Source: an uncultured Gemmatimonadales bacterium | Lineage (GTDB): Bacteria; Gemmatimonadota; Gemmatimonadetes; Gemmatimonadales; Gemmatimonadaceae | Assembly: GCA_963850905.1 (NCBI GenBank) | Contig: CAWKMU010000003.1 | Coordinates: 2,880,001-2,944,000, forward strand | Direction of reading: 5' to 3' | DNA length: 64,000 nucleotides | Shown here: positions 63,695 to 64,000 of the stretch, in pieces | Position numbering within the stretch: the stretch's first letter is position 1 | Layout: the number at the start of each line of letters is the position of its first letter | Made by a program: the position numbers and the translations under genes | The notes under the pieces: model-generated | Told to the model about the DNA's origin: nothing | The model's database searches: none | Seen by the model: the letters and a program-made list of their open reading frames with translations, nothing else

Positions 63695-63781
63695 GGACGG
63701 GTGGCCGAGTGGTTTAAGGCGCACGCCTGGAAAGCGTGTGGGGCCGAAAGGCTCTCGTGAGTTCGAATCTCACTCCGTCCG
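63695..63781 (+). tRNA. tRNA-Ser(GGA)
   Basis: GGACGGG/TCCGTCC acceptor stem, anticodon loop CT-GGA-AA, long variable arm, GTTCGAATC. Confidence 0.96.
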
Positions 63782-63800
63782 TGTAGTAACCGCTTGTGTT

Positions 63801-63837
63801 AAGGCCCGTTGACGCTTCCCTCGTCGGCGGGCTTTTT
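63801..63837 (+). terminator. Intrinsic terminator after tRNA-Ser(GGA)
   Basis: GCCCGTTGACG...CGTCGGCGGGC hairpin followed by TTTTT. Confidence 0.75.
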
Positions 63838-64000
63838 CACGCGCTGGCGCGCGTGGTGTGGATTGGGGGTTGCGCTTTCATATCAGCTTGCGGCATCAGT
63901 TGCGTCGGACACCATCATGGCGCGTATGATGGCGACACTCTCTGATTCGAGGACCGCGCCCATGCTTGCCTCCTTCGGCCGTACCATGCGGGTCCGTGAT

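Overview
GC-rich bacterial chromosome segment; gene content and order suggest Gemmatimonadota (inference, not a database result). Bases 1-47.4 kb are mostly housekeeping genes: a sensor kinase/lipoprotein pair, asnS, mazG, alr, miaB, a ComFB-family gene, fbp, methylmalonyl-CoA mutase, argS, purM, the rib operon, nusB, hprK with a complete mannose-type PTS, metK, ahcY, a cobalamin-riboswitch-led btuFCDB operon, recO, selB, clpB and tadA. One intact IS1202-like element with a 16-bp target duplication interrupts this block. About 14 single-base frameshifts fall in conserved genes and are most likely long-read sequencing errors. Bases 47.4-64 kb are accessory-like. The most notable structure is a convergent module controlled by TWO fluoride (crcB) riboswitches, one with a terminator-type platform and one with an RBS-sequestering platform plus an operator-like palindrome. 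It contains a CPA2 antiporter, a DUF190 protein and an unknown 158-aa protein, but no Fluc/CLC-F exporter. Next come tRNA-Ser(CGA), a GTAG-type REP cluster, a peptide/amino-acid catabolism cluster and tRNA-Ser(GGA).
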